Shown here piece by piece: positions 1-14,035 of a stretch of 64,000 nucleotides of DNA (position 1 is the first letter of the stretch; each line of letters opens with the position of its first letter). The translations under genes and the position numbers were made by a program. The stretch spans positions 12,163 to 76,162 of the forward strand of contig ADNK01002940.1 of assembly GCA_000320545.1 (NCBI GenBank). The letters are read 5' to 3'. This DNA comes from Bigelowiella natans CCMP2755 (taxonomy: Eukaryota > Protista > Cercozoa). Under the pieces are notes generated by a model that was not told where the DNA came from, ran no database searches, and saw only the letters and a list, made by a program, of their open reading frames with translations.

Positions 1-902
1 ACAAACTTCGTTGAAAATTCTGCGGCTCTCCTCCGACCTGTCAGTAAGCAAAGAAAGCATGCTGAATAATCGTATTATGAACATTTATGATACGTCGTTA
101 TCGTTGTGGAAGTTGCCAGTATCCATTGTTATCATTCGTATGCTGCAAGCTGCTGCTTCATGCTGATGATAGATGATAATGATGATGACGACAACGATGA
201 TGATGAACGTGTAGCTGTGTTGTGATTTGTTAGGCTGTTCTTGAGGATGAAATGTTTCGCCGATGTTTGGAGGTAGTACCAGCGTCGTTGTCATCGTCAT
301 AGTAGTAGTAGTAGTAGTAAAAGTGTATGATCAAAGTCCAATAGGCAAAGATGATATTGCTTAATATGCGGCGTCTTTAGTCGGTGATATCCCACAGCAC
401 TTAAAGCAAAGATGAATGGGTCGTTGTTACTTCTTCCAAATCAAAGAATAGGAGTATATATTAATGGGATTGCTCTCCAGCTTGCATATCTCCTCCTCAT
501 GTCATCGTGATTATGCTGTTGTAACGTGTTGTAACACTACTTACTTCTCCTCTCCCCCCCCCTCCCCCCCTCCCCCCTCTAGGCTGTCATCAGTGGATGT
601 TATCTTGATTTCTGCTTCTTCGCTGCTGTTGGGTACAACGATGGGGATGATGACGACGAGGATGATGATGATGATAACGAGGAAGAAGATGATGATTGTG
701 TGATGGTTTACCACGGGATAATAATATCGATTAATGAGGGAACAGCAGCTAGTAGGCAGTAAATATATGTGAATTCGAGACAAAGAGTATAATCCAATGC
801 GTAGTAGTAGCAGCAGCAGTAGTAGTAGTAGTAATAGTAGTAGTAGAAATGGAAAGTATAAAGAATCTAGTATACCCATCATTCCAATGGGGCTGTCAAG
901 AC

Positions 903-948
<46 letters not shown>

Positions 949-1672
949 TCAATATTTTAGCTACTCGGAAGAGCGTATTGCTATCGTGGATACCTCCATA
1001 TGCATGCACCCGCACAGGTACTACTACTTCTACTACTACTACTACTAGTATGAGATTGATTCTCAAAGAATCATCCTCGTTTCTTTATTCTACTTACTAC
1101 AATAAATGGCCCGCAGTTGTGATGTTATATATAATATATATCATTATCAATCATCTTCATGGCACGTTATTACACGCGTCTTTTCGGAAAGAAGAAGTTT
1201 AATGCAGATCTATGCATTATGGTGGTGGAATATGATGATTATAGTGCTGAGAGTAGAAGTAGCAACAACGCCCAAAGGAATATTTGTATATATACATATA
1301 CTCACTTCATGAATATACCCTAAAATGCATGATTCGAAAAGCGAGTACACATTGAGACTCTACCACTACTACTACTACTACTACAACTACTACTAACTGA
1401 TGTTTCCACGTAGATCTGAAGAGACGAAGTCAGAACTTGTGAGAGAGCTTGGGATGGATTGGAAAGTAACTATAACAATTACTCTAACGAGATGAAGATG
1501 AATGTGTGAATCAGTACTGAGCAGACCCATCAGAATCCCATGCTTTTTTTTATTGATCACTCCACTGCCCTTGCAACCTCAAACAGGATCACTGGAAGGA
1601 CATGGAATCGTTTGACCACCACAATGTACCGAGAGATGTCTACTGGTGGGTATTATGCGTATCATATGCGTA

Positions 1673-1717
<45 letters not shown>

Positions 1718-1965
1718 TGGCTAGAACAAGAAGGAGGACCTTGTGACAAGTTGAAGAGTAAAAGGGGAGGGCAGCTAGTGTGAATATTAAGATTTATCAT
1801 ATGCGATGATGATGCCATGGTTTTGATTTTCTTAGATATTATTACACGTGTTGTTGTTAATATTGATTGGTTGATTGATTGATTGATTAGGTGGAGAGAG
1901 CCTGTCGTGTTCGATACCGTAAAGTTTGCTTAGACTTAGCGCCTGAAACACATCAGACAACATAG
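1..1965 (+). CDS. 3' part of a spliced hypothetical protein gene (5' end outside window or unresolved)
   Basis: AG/GT-bounded exon candidates between microsatellite introns: AVLEDEMFRRCLE (~233-272), LLGRAYCYRGYLHMHAPAQ (961-1017), SEETKSELVRELGMDWK (~1414-1465), DHWKDMESFDHHNVPRDVYWW (~1587-1649), VERACRVRYRKVCLDLAPETHQTT-TAG (1891-1965). No family recognised. Confidence 0.45.
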
Positions 1966-2848
1966 AGGAATAAGAAGTCGGGTACTCGTGTCCCTCCTAC
2001 AACCTCAGAGCGAGCAAGTGGCACCTATGTTGTGGTTGCTATTCCACCAAATTAGACCTGCTGAATCAACGTCCTCCCCGCACTTGCGCCTGTTTGTTTG
2101 GAGGTAGTTTGACTGCGCTTTATTACTTATCTAGTCGCTATCTACTCAACACAGCATGAATGGCTACAAAAACAATCTGGTCATGTAAGTGTATGCATAA
2201 AAGCACGCTGTAAGCGCACCGTAGCAACATGCATACATAAATGCTAGTATGGGTGAATGCATCAATATTAAGTACAAAGATTATGCATGCAAGATGGGTA
2301 TGATAACGCTAGAACGTCACTACGTCGTATGTGTGGCACCTCATTGCGTTATTATATATGTCAATGGTGCAATAACACAGAGAAAGCGTCCGACTATGCG
2401 CTACATATATATGGGATAGAAACTGCCGGTATTTGCTTTGTATGCATGAGCATAGCTAGATAGACGGGGACAACATACACGAGCACAGCTGATGACTGCA
2501 AATAATGGAAAAACAAAGATAGCAGCAGTAGCACAGCACCAGAGCAATAACCACACCGCGCATGCGAACGTTGATATTCGATTTTAACAAACATTCCCGC
2601 AAACAGCAGGCCGCACTAGCGCAGAGCAAATAGGGCAATGATGATGATGATGCCAGAAACATCATCAATGGCCGTTTACTGCAAAGCAATTGCACCATCT
2701 ACGCAGCTGCATGTTAAAGGGTGGCGGGTGGCCTCAGAGCACGTGCATGGGATGGGGAAAAGTATCCTACACAACTACGGGAATGCAATTTCAATATGAC
2801 TGTTGTGTGTAACTGCAAGGCTGTTGTTACGTGCTCATTGGGCTGTTG

Positions 2849-2881
<33 letters not shown>

Positions 2882-2897
2882 GCAGCTTCTTACTCAC

Positions 2898-3297
2898 TCA
2901 CTCCGGGCTAATACTGTAAAATCTTCTATGACGATATGCTACTGCACAGGCGCATGCAATACCCACAACTCCTGTCATCGAGGCAGACACCAAGAAAGTT
3001 GTCTATTGTGTGTGTATATATATATAATATTTGCATATATTCAATAGGAAATGAGGAATGAGTCATGATGGTGGTGGTGGTGGAAGGTTGCACGTGCTTT
3101 GATATGAATCCATATTTATGAGCCAATTGATTCTGTGTTAAACATGACCATCATCATCATCATCACCATCACCATCATAATAACAACCTGGTAGCATGCT
3201 TGTCCAAGACAGCAGTTCTCTCCTTCTTCTTCGTGATAGCCATATACGTACGATGCCAACCCCACACTGCGTTATGATGATGATTATTATTATTATT

Positions 3298-3330
<33 letters not shown>

Positions 3331-4233
3331 CCACAGCACCGCTTGTTACATCAATATGATCAAGATAATAGCCAGAGAGTAGAACAACACATTAAACACA
3401 CTAGGAAAATCAACCACGACTCATCACCACTTAACACATTCTTGCCATCAAGGAGATATACTACTGCTACTACCACTGCTACTACTACTACATAACACAG
3501 ACGCAATCTGATGGATACCTAAACACAGTGCTTCCAATGGCAGGGGCGACGTTCATTACGCTGTAGAGTGATCCAAATGACTTAGACCCATACATTTCCA
3601 TAACCTTGGGTTTGAGGATTAGGGTTATTAGTGTGTGTGTGTGTGTGTGTGAGTGTGTATTATCGTTTTGTGTTATTGTTATCGATCGTCGGGCTGAGTC
3701 ATAGGCTAGCAATAGCATCATGATTAATCTTGCAGTATGAGTAGCAGTCTCAATATGGATGATGTTGTTGTTGTTCTTCTACTACCAAACACGGATTGAG
3801 ACACCAGAATGCGCCATCTATGTTGTGAAATTTACCAAAAATAAGTAAATGAGGGAGGGAGAGAGAGAGAGAGAGAGAGAGTACAGCAAGAGAACAATAT
3901 GATGAAGAGAAGAGAAGTAAAAATTGGGGCAAGTATCATTATTACGAGTGATTGCTCACAAGAAAAGCAACAGCTATGATGATGATGATACGGTGTGATG
4001 ACTTGCTCTAATTAGCTCATCATTGTCCTCTTCCTCGTCGTCGTCGTCTTCTTCTTCTTCTTCTTCTTCTTCTACTGCTAGTTACTACTGGTACTACTTG
4101 GAGAACAACTACTACTCACATGCAAATCCACACAACACACATCCAAAGTAGATGCTAATACTGGACCCAAGAGCTGTGGCAATCTGTTATCGTTTGATGC
4201 ATCATGCATCAACGCTAAGTGTTGGCATGTGTG

Positions 4234-4272
<39 letters not shown>

Positions 4273-5552
4273 TGATGATGGGATGTGATGAGCGTCATCA
4301 CGTATGGTAAGGATCCCAAAACAACATTATTGACGACGCCAAACACTACCTACACCATTACATGTACATCTTTGTGATGAGGAGGATGATGATGATGATA
4401 AACAATTATCATAACAGCGTGCAGGTGGTCGTATGCGCTACTACTAATACTACGTACAAACATACCTGGCCGAGATTGTTCAGTGTCATTAATCCAGCAC
4501 CCGTGCCGCAAAATTGAGCTAGATTAGGATGATAACGATGATGGATCACGGCCATGAAAAAAAGGGGGGGGGAGGGTATGGAGAGGAGCATCAACATGTG
4601 CACGATAAATAGTAAGAACAACACAGCAGCAGCAGCATATAGCGCATCTATGTATACATATCTTTCTATCTATCATAGTCACGTTCTTCTTTTTGATAAT
4701 ACACTGATATTATTATTACTATTATTATTATTATACTACTTCTTACCAGTGAACAATAAGTAGAAGTCTGCTGTCTGGATAGCTTCGCAGAACCCTGCCT
4801 CCCTCACAGATACTACTACGACGCCACCACCACCACCACCAGAATGTCTTCTAGCGCTACCACTATATTCATAATCATCGTTGTTTCCTCCCCCTCCTGT
4901 AGTATCTTCTGCACGACTGCTCTCATATACGTCATCACCAATCAAATCGTCGGTTCCTTTCATATCATCATGCCCCCCCAATGCAGCTTGCTCATAAGCA
5001 CTAGACCTTGACGACGGGTGGAAGAGGAGGAGGGGGGGGGTGAGGACAAGAGAATATTTACAAATAAAGACTAACAAATTTCGTCGTGATTACAATAAAT
5101 ACACACTCCTCATTACTAACATCATGCTGCACGTACAATGCATGCTGCTATTATTATTACTACTACTACTAGTAGTACTAGTACCTCTGATCTGAATCGT
5201 CACCAGAATCTGCAGAGAAATGTGCGAGCGACATGGTCATAAGAGCGACGATAAAGAGCCCCGAGATACCCACAAATGATGCAGATTCCAAGCTTGTGTA
5301 TCATATAGAAGAATAGAAGAAGAGGAGGGGGGGAGGTTGAATTCATGCGGGAGGATAGATATGTGATGATTTGATGATATTGACGATGATATTGCTATGT
5401 TGTTGTTGGTAACTAGACTATAAGTAAAGTAGTAGTAACAAACCGATGATTTTGCAATGTAGCCTTTGCTTGCCAGCTGTTTTGAATGGCTCCTGCTACT
5501 GCCAGCGACACGCACAGTAACCCAACAAGCAAATACCCTCCCTATAAGTATA

Positions 5553-5629
<77 letters not shown>

Positions 5630-6164
5630 ATATGAATGACGACGACGCAAAGTAATAAACCAACATATCGGTGAGTCAGTGAGATGAGAATGATGATGAT
5701 GATGATGATGATGATAACGACGATGATGACGATAGACAACATACCTCCCTCTACCTCCTACCCCCCCCCACCTCCCCCACCACCTTGATAAACTTTCGCT
5801 GTGGTTTCGAAATAGGCGTGCGACGATTTTGCGGAATGAGGTTGAGGAATGACGTTCCAATGGCGACTAGAGATCCGCATGTGATTGCAAAAAACCTACA
5901 ACATCATCCATCATCATCATGATCATGATCATCATCATGATCATCGTCGCCAACAAGAACAACAGCAGCAGATGTGTGGTGACTGTGTGTGGTGAATTCG
6001 ATAGCATTATTTATTGGTACTACTGCTTTTATTGTAATTGGTGTTGTTATTGTTGATGCTGTCTGTTACAGGAGAATCGGCACTCCATCATCTCCACCAT
6101 TGGAGCTCTTCACAGGGCATGATGAGGACCCATTTTCTGGTGCAAACTACGCACAGCAGCGCAT

Positions 6165-6209
<45 letters not shown>

Positions 6210-6893
6210 AAGAGGAGGAGGAGGAGGAGGAAGAAGAGAAGAGTAAATAGTAGCCAGGACTCGGCTTAATATGAGTGATGCGTGGTTAGTTAATATTCAT
6301 GCTTTTGCTCTTTGCTGATTTGTTGTAATTGTTGTTTGAAAAGATTGGCCAGGACTAAAACTTCCGCATAAGTCTTCTTCCCAAAAATTAATAAAGTAAT
6401 AAACTATTAACACTCCGATTTAGACATCGTTGTCTATCATCATTACTGTTTCTTCTTCTTCTTCTTCTTCTTCTTTTACTACCACAACTACTGCTGGTGC
6501 TGTTGCTGGTGCTATTACTACTAACATTATCATCATACCGAGAATGCAATCGAGCCCATGGTGAAAGTCAACAAAGCAGCAGCATAAAACATAGGTCTGC
6601 TAATCACGGCCTTGAAACGGTCACTTAAAGAGCTGAGAGGAGGCACAAAAGTTGTTATTGTTGTTGTTGTTGATGATGATGATGATGATGTATTATTGAT
6701 GAAGATGATGCTTTTGAGAGCCATGATGTGTATATTCTTACGTATTATCAAGGTATCAATATGGATCTTTGTCATCATCATCATCATCACCATCATCACA
6801 TCATCTTTACATTAATCATATCATCATTGCTCTCATGCGACAGAATCCCCACCACGACACAACGACGACTAATATTATTACTACTTCTATTTT

Positions 6894-6928
<35 letters not shown>

Positions 6929-7088
6929 ATCGTCTTTGCTAAGTAATCAACCCACCCTGCGCAAATTCTCCCAGCACAATTGGCCACACCGAATATACTG
7001 ACAAGTGTGGCCCCCAAAACGTTGGTTTTCTTTGCATCTCCACTAACGTAAAAAGACAGGTACACTTGTGCGAATATAGAACCTGTAA

Positions 7089-7123
<35 letters not shown>

Positions 7124-7299
7124 GCTTGTGCGTAGTACATGATCTCGACGATGGACGAAATGCCGCATGCTCATGGTAAACAGGAGCAGAATGAATCAAA
7201 TATAATACGCGCTCTCGCCTCTTATTACAGAACCACAATACACATATATATGTGTGTTTGGTAATAATAACAACCGGATAATCCAAAGAACGACAATAC

Positions 7300-7333
<34 letters not shown>

Positions 7334-7525
7334 TTGGTAATAATAATAACAACCGGATAATCCAAAGAACGACTTTAGAATGCCGAGGACTACACCTCTT
7401 TCGTGAGGGAAGTTGACTATATTCACTGACACCTGAAAGACAAGGCAGCAGTTGTATCGTCGATGATAATTAGTATTAACCAACCAACTGACATACATAC
7501 TACTGCATAATGCCGACTTGGATGC

Positions 7526-7559
<34 letters not shown>

Positions 7560-7780
7560 TCTTCTCCTCCCCCCCCCTCTTTCCCCCAAAAAAGCATATT
7601 GTTACTACTATCATTATTATACCGATGCTGCATCAAGCCATGATCCACCATGCCAAGCTATAAAGAAAGCCACTGCAATAACACTGATAGACGAATGACT
7701 GTGCTCAGAAACCTAAAATGATTGAGTGAGTCAGATAATATAACATCATATGTGATATAAACAGCTCTTGTTTATTCAAT

Positions 7781-7812
<32 letters not shown>

Positions 7813-8776
7813 TTACCAGGTTCGTAGTTCCTGATGCACCCAGAAATGCCATGATATATCCAAATACTACAATGCAACCTCCAATGAAAGCTGTGATCTT
7901 AGGGCCATAATAGTCGAAACAAATTCCAGCAGGAACTGCAAAATATCTGATATATCAGTAAATATTTGGCGTGAAGATTTTGATGAAAACTCTTATTACC
8001 ATAAATAGTACATATAATCTATACATCGGAATTTCAGACTTCATTTGCTACTATGATGTCCTCCCCTAAGAGCTTTCGAAAAGCAGATAATGTATAACAT
8101 TCTGGGCAGATTTTTGTTTGCGTAATCCCCCCCCCCCCCGCCACCCCATACAGTTACTCAGATTGACTATAATATATAACATTATAGTGATACATAGTTG
8201 AATAAAGTTGTTTTAGATTGTTGTTTCCAGTAGTAGGTAGGTAGGTAGTAGGTAGTGATCAAAGTAACCCACCCTCCAATGTTGCCGACACTTGAAATGG
8301 TGTTGAGCTGTGTTTGGTTAATCCCAAGCGAGTGCTTCAATTGTGAACTGTAGACTCCGAAGGCATATGCTAACGTGTGTGTGTATGTGTGTGTGTGTGT
8401 GTGTGTATGTGTGTGTGTTGTTCGCACGTATGTGTGTAGGATTATGATGATGATGATGATGGTGTACAATTTAGGATGAACAAATAACAGAAGTTGTTGT
8501 TCTTAAAACCTATCATCATCATCAGCATCATGATCATAATAAAGATATGCAAATTAAGTCCTCACCAGATCCAGCTGCAAGCTCAACGTATAGCCCCATT
8601 GGTATTGTAACCCATCTTGAACCCGCCCATGACTGACAGCTTCTGCTGTTTTCGCCAAGGCCAATATCATAGACCGCTGTCAAATTCTCCTCCTCCTCCT
8701 CCTCCTCCTTATTGCCCCTATTTTCCCATTTCTTGTCGCGATGATCACCCATATCGTTGTTTACAGCATATTTCAT
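2898..8776 (-). CDS. Nodulin-like / NFD4-type major facilitator superfamily transporter, multi-exon, with two exons out of canonical order
   Basis: Joined exons give family motifs RWVTIPMGLYVELAAGS, AYAFGVYSSQLKHSLGINQTQLNTISSVGNIGG, NFPHERGVVLGILKSFFGLSGSIFAQVY, TADFYLLF, GTGAGLMTLNNLGQ, LVSIFGVANCAGRICAGSLSDRFKAVISRP, EMYGSKSFGSLYSVMNVAPAIGS, CLGQACYQTTF...ISPE-TGA (2898-2900). ATG at 8776. Confidence 0.9.
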
Positions 8777-9942
8777 TGCAGCGTGTGCGTCACGACAGCC
8801 GATCTAAAATACCATATTATTTTCACGTCGAGAATAAACCGTGGCAGTTCGGGGGGAAGCAAGTTGCCGATGTAATTTCGATGTACATGTTTTGCTTTTT
8901 CTTTCCCTCATTCAAAACACATCATCATCTACTACTACTACTACTACTATCCACGATGATTAATTAATACTTAAAGGCAGAAGAGGACCTAAGCCATTTA
9001 CAAGGAGGCTTCGATACTACGGTTGCTATTAGTTATGTTGTCGTCCACTGAGTACTTATTCCAATTGCCTGTAGCATAATCATTCAGTGAGAGGTGCTGC
9101 CAAATTCGAGGCAGCAGCCGAAGCAATGATAATCGTTGCAGTAAGCACACAACCGTCATTTCTGTCTGACACTACTACTTCAAATATATACTTTACGTCC
9201 AAGCAGGAGGACTAATCTGATTTAAAATAATAAGGGCGACGCCAAGCAAACAATTTTCTGCTTGATCTGCACCTTTCCTCTCCCCCTCCTTTCTTCCAAG
9301 TACAATGTTGCTCGGCGCCGCGTGTTTCCGAACAAGAGTACTATTTAGGAGATACGATGGCATTTTAAGAATACGACAACTAAAATACTGTGTATACATT
9401 TATTTGCAAGACAGTGGTCATACTTATACTGCGACATGGCTCTATTTCTTAGATCGTTCATATTTTGTCCATCCAATGTTTCCCTCGTTCTGATGAGTGG
9501 ACATAACTTTGAACATCAGTTTCGTAAAGGAAAAATCCTCAGCCCGTCAAGTTCATCCAGAAATGAAGCTGATATTCAGCAAATATTATGCAAAGAATAA
9601 CTCGGGCGAAAAGATATTTAGAAGAAAAACATACAGCTCTGATTTGGAGGGAAACTATATTGTTCTGGACAACTTTCCGCTCTAAGATAACTGTGAGTTC
9701 CCATCTACGAAAGAAAACAACCAAATAAGGGTGTATTTCAAACCGTCGTCCTGTCGCAATTCCACAAATGTTATTGTATTTGATGGTTTTTGCCTGTATT
9801 TAGATACGCATTAGGGTTTATTTGAACTGAATAACAGAAGCGAAAGACAAAGCTTGACCCCACACAGTAGACTCCCGTTCCGAATAGCTCTGTCACCATA
9901 ACGCTTTTAGCAAACGTTCGAAGGAGGTCTGGTAGGGTTCCC

Positions 9943-10917
9943 ATGCAGGACAATGGACAGTACACATATGTCGAGGACCCGCGCCACCCTGGAGTGTCCG
10001 TTCCCCTGAAGAACAAGCTTCGAAAAGCGTAATCCGTAGTTCTCTTTAGCCAATAGTAATTATTCCACGATTTCTTTTTATACTGTTCAGTTCCAGCAGA
10101 AAGAAGCGTGTCAGATGGACCACGGAAGAGGTGAAACATGAATCTATGCCCTCCGAACATTTTTGAATAAATTTCTCAACCCTCTCTTCAGGACGACAAG
10201 CTGCGGAAGGCTGTCTATCAGCACAAAGGGAAAAATTGGAAGAAAATAGCGGAGACAGCTTTCAACAACGAAAAAACTGACGTTCAGTGCCTTCATCGGT
10301 GGCAGAAGGTGCTGGACCCAAAGTTGGTTAAGGGTCCATGGACTAAAGCGGTAGACTCATAAATTCTTGCAGGGGTTAAAAACTTACAATTAAACTAAAA
10401 CAGGAGGACGAAAAAGTGGTAGAGTTGGTTAAAAAACATGGGGCAAAGCAGTGGTCGCTTATTGCAAAGCACCTTCCTGGGCGCATAGGGAAACAATGCC
10501 GAGAGAGGTAAATAGAGTTGGACGTTTGGTTAGTACCAGTTTCTGAGTCATTGAACACCTTCGTAGATGGCACAATCACTTGAATCCCGAAATCAAGAAA
10601 ACGGCGTGGACTGAAGAAGAAGATAGGATTATCCTCGAAATCCACAAGCAGATCGGAAATAGATGGGCTGAAATTGCTACGTTTCTACCAGGAAGGTATC
10701 TCACTTTCTGTAAAATAATACGAAGAAATTTTTCCTTAATATATAACGAATTGCAGGACCGACAACGCAATCAAAAATCATTTCAATTCTTCAATGAAAC
10801 GAAAATATGGATTGGCTGGAGCCTCATCTAGCTCTTCCACAAGGAAACGAAAAAGCTCAAAAAAGAGAGGCGGTGCAGGTGTTACTTCAAAAATTTAAAA
10901 AAATCTTTCTCAATCTC

Positions 10918-11004
<87 letters not shown>

Positions 11005-12945
11005 TAGGCAAAAGATCAAAACGCGAGTCTCTTCAGTCCATTGCAGCTAAGGCTGCTAAGAAAGGGTCTGAAGGAAATGTCATATCGAAAGGTAAATCTT
11101 CTACGTTATCGAGAAAGGGCTCAGTATCAGTGCCCTCGACAATGGCGCGATCAAGAAACGGCAGAATCAAATCCAATGAAACAAAGACCACAGTATCCTC
11201 AAAACAAAAATCGGTTGCTGCTATGCCATATGCTATCACCGTGCCTCCAATTTTTGGACCGCACACAATCATTGCCAAAGCTATGCCTTTACCGTTAGCA
11301 TCCGAGGCGACTGTTGCCTTGGGAAAATATTCCCATCACAACCGGCACGCTCTTTCCCACACAAATGTACAAGCAAAACCGCAGCAGGAATCATCGACGT
11401 ACGCTATTGCCAGCCTTCCCGCTGTGAGCGCAGATTTTGAAGAAGACACATTCAGTGGATTTGAGAAAGTCTTTAAAGACATTACAAACGAGAAGGTTAG
11501 CACTGAAGAGCTTTTGCATCTCTCTCATTCTTCCACGTCGAGTCATACATCACAGCTCAATTCCATTCTTCGGGGAAGTAATAGGTGAGAATTCACAAAC
11601 CCACATACTTTGTTTATCGACGATTTAATTTTACTTCTTTATCGGCAGGGATGGCCAGATGAAAAGTTGGGAGACAAAAGAGTTGGCAAAATCGGGAGTA
11701 AAAAATGAATCGAAACAACTTGGTATTCAAATGCGGGTGACACCTGCTTCGAATTCATCGATTCCTGTAAGCAATACGGTCGGCAACTCTCTTTGTCCGC
11801 AGCCATCTTCAAGCAACGAGAAGGTAAATGATAGATGCTAACATATGAGAGTGATTACAGGTTGAATGAAAGTAGCAAATAGCGAGCAACTAATGTGTTG
11901 CAGGTAACTAATCCGTATATGGACGTGTTCAAGCAATCACAGAGTTCCCCTCACGTTCTAAAACAGCAGCAGCAGGATGAAGACACGTTTTGGACAGCAC
12001 ATAGCTACTCTTTTTCAAGTCAAAATGCTGCTAATCTGAAGGAGCCTTTCTTACTCTCTGGATCAAAGCCTCCTCGAACCCCCCGAACATGCACGAAGAA
12101 AAATAAATACAGTTTGAATTGCAGTCCACCTCCTGGAGTATTCCTCTCTGGAGACATATCGAACAGGAGTTCTGAAAGCTTGATGCCAAAGTTGTTTTCG
12201 CCCATCCCTGACAAGAAAAATCTTGTGAAGGATCCACTCTCGAGCATATCTGAGGAAACGAAATCTCTTTTTGGACGCGGATATTTCCACAGCACATCCT
12301 CTGTAATTAATAAGAAATCTTCCAAAACAAGCAGAACATAACAATTTTCTATTTTTTGCATTTTTTGTAGGGGATAACAAACTCACCAGCACAACAGTTT
12401 CAAACTGGGGATTTGCTGAGCCCTCCAACAAAATTGATAAGAAAACTAGCCGCATCTCCTTGCTCACCTCCAACTCCTATAACGTCCCCACTTGGAATCT
12501 TTACAATGACACAAAATTCTACGTTATCTTCATTAAGATCAGTACGAGGAATTTTCGGAAAGGTAAAAAACGAAGTAAAGCTATTCAATTTTTTCTGACT
12601 TGAATGATATTCAATTTAAGGATACGAATCAGCATCACTCGGGAGACGAATTCATGCTCCATCGAAGACCCGGAAAGCAGCCCAGAGACAAACCAGAGCC
12701 GCCATTAGATATGTAAGTCACTAAATCTTTGCTACAAAAACGTTTAACCAATTCAAAAAAATCATTGTCCCATCAGGATATCTTCAAATAAAGGCTTGTA
12801 TCCAGAGTCATTATTCTCTCCCGTATCCAAAATAAACGGACTTACAAAAGCCACTCCAACAAATGTTCCTCGAAGAAATACAATACATCCACAACTCACT
12901 CCGGCGCAGTTAACACGAAGATTTGACTCTGCGTTTATTCCCTAA
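9943..12945 (+). CDS. R1R2R3-MYB (c-Myb/MYB3R-like) transcription factor; true start probably further upstream
   Basis: Three Myb repeats across short introns: RWTTEE|DDKLRKAVYQHKGKNWKKIAETAFNNEKTDVQCLHRWQKVLDPKLVKGPWTKA|EDEKVVELVKKHGAKQWSLIAKHLPGRIGKQCRER|WHNHLNPEIKKTAWTEEEDRIILEIHKQIGNRWAEIATFLPGR|TDNAIKNHFNS. S/P-rich C-terminus ends AFIP-TAA at 12943-12945. Confidence 0.93.
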
Positions 12946-12993
12946 TTGGTAACCTCTCCCAATTACTGCAGTAGTATCTTTGGAGACCTCAAG

Positions 12994-13031
<38 letters not shown>

Positions 13032-13179
13032 GAGAAGTAAACGAATCATATTTTATCATTAATGTCACGCGCCAAAAAATAATAACGTAACACGAACAAA
13101 TCGCCAAAATAAATCTCCCGTAATGTATGTGCCATTCGACTGACGTACGTGATTTTCCATAACTGGATAAGTTTTAGCC

Positions 13180-14030
13180 GTCATTTGCATCATTTGCATC
13201 ACATGCTAGCATGTAAGTTGATTTGACATTTGCGCCAATGTGGGTCAAAATGCACAATTTTGATGCATGGGCAAAAGTGCCTGCCTAACGCCATGATCAA
13301 GTCTAGAAGTCTAGAAGTGCGTGACAGGAATGCACAAAAAGCACAGCTATTAAAGCTAGCATTATGTGGTGTGATCGCTAGATCATGTGCAACAAGCAAC
13401 GACAGCACTAGACAGCACTAGCGAGCTAGAGCACTAGAGCACCAGAGCACCAGAGCACATCTAGAAATTTCTAGATTTGTGAAACATATCTAGACATGTC
13501 TAGATGTGTCTAGCGGTGTGCGATGCACGCCTGCACGCCCACGTACCGCCTCTAGCTAGGCTTGAGCTAGCACTAGAGCACTCCACTAGTCTGGAACTTG
13601 ATCATGCTAGCTAGCTAGCATGCATCTCTAGATCTAGACGTACGCACGCGCCACGCGTGCAGATGCACAGAAGCATGCAAACAACGCATGTGTCTAGATG
13701 TGTGCAACGCATGCTAGCATGTAACAAGCAACAATGCTCGACCGCAATTTCTTGACCTAGCGCGCTCTGGAGCCTGGAGCTGCACGTCTGACTAGCTGAG
13801 CCCCTCCAGCTAGCTAGCTAGCTAGCCCTGCCGCTGCCAGTCCAGCAGTGCCAGCACCACTAGACTAGAGCACGCTCGCATGGCAAGTCTAGAGCCACAG
13901 CAGAGAGGTCTGCTAGCGGTGCGTGACGCAATGAGCATGTAGTTGAGTTGTGTGGTCAAGTTGGATCATGGACCACCATTTCTGTCATTTGGCAAGCACA
14001 CGAGCGAGCAGGGGGCGGCTTCTGTCGGCA
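13180..14030. other. CTAG-rich, TpA-depleted intergenic island
   Basis: About 32 CTAG against about 4 other TpA in 13370-13920 (hand count); GCATGC/GCAC/GTGC-rich; (CTAG)n runs. Confidence 0.85.
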
Positions 14031-14035
14031 TGTAG

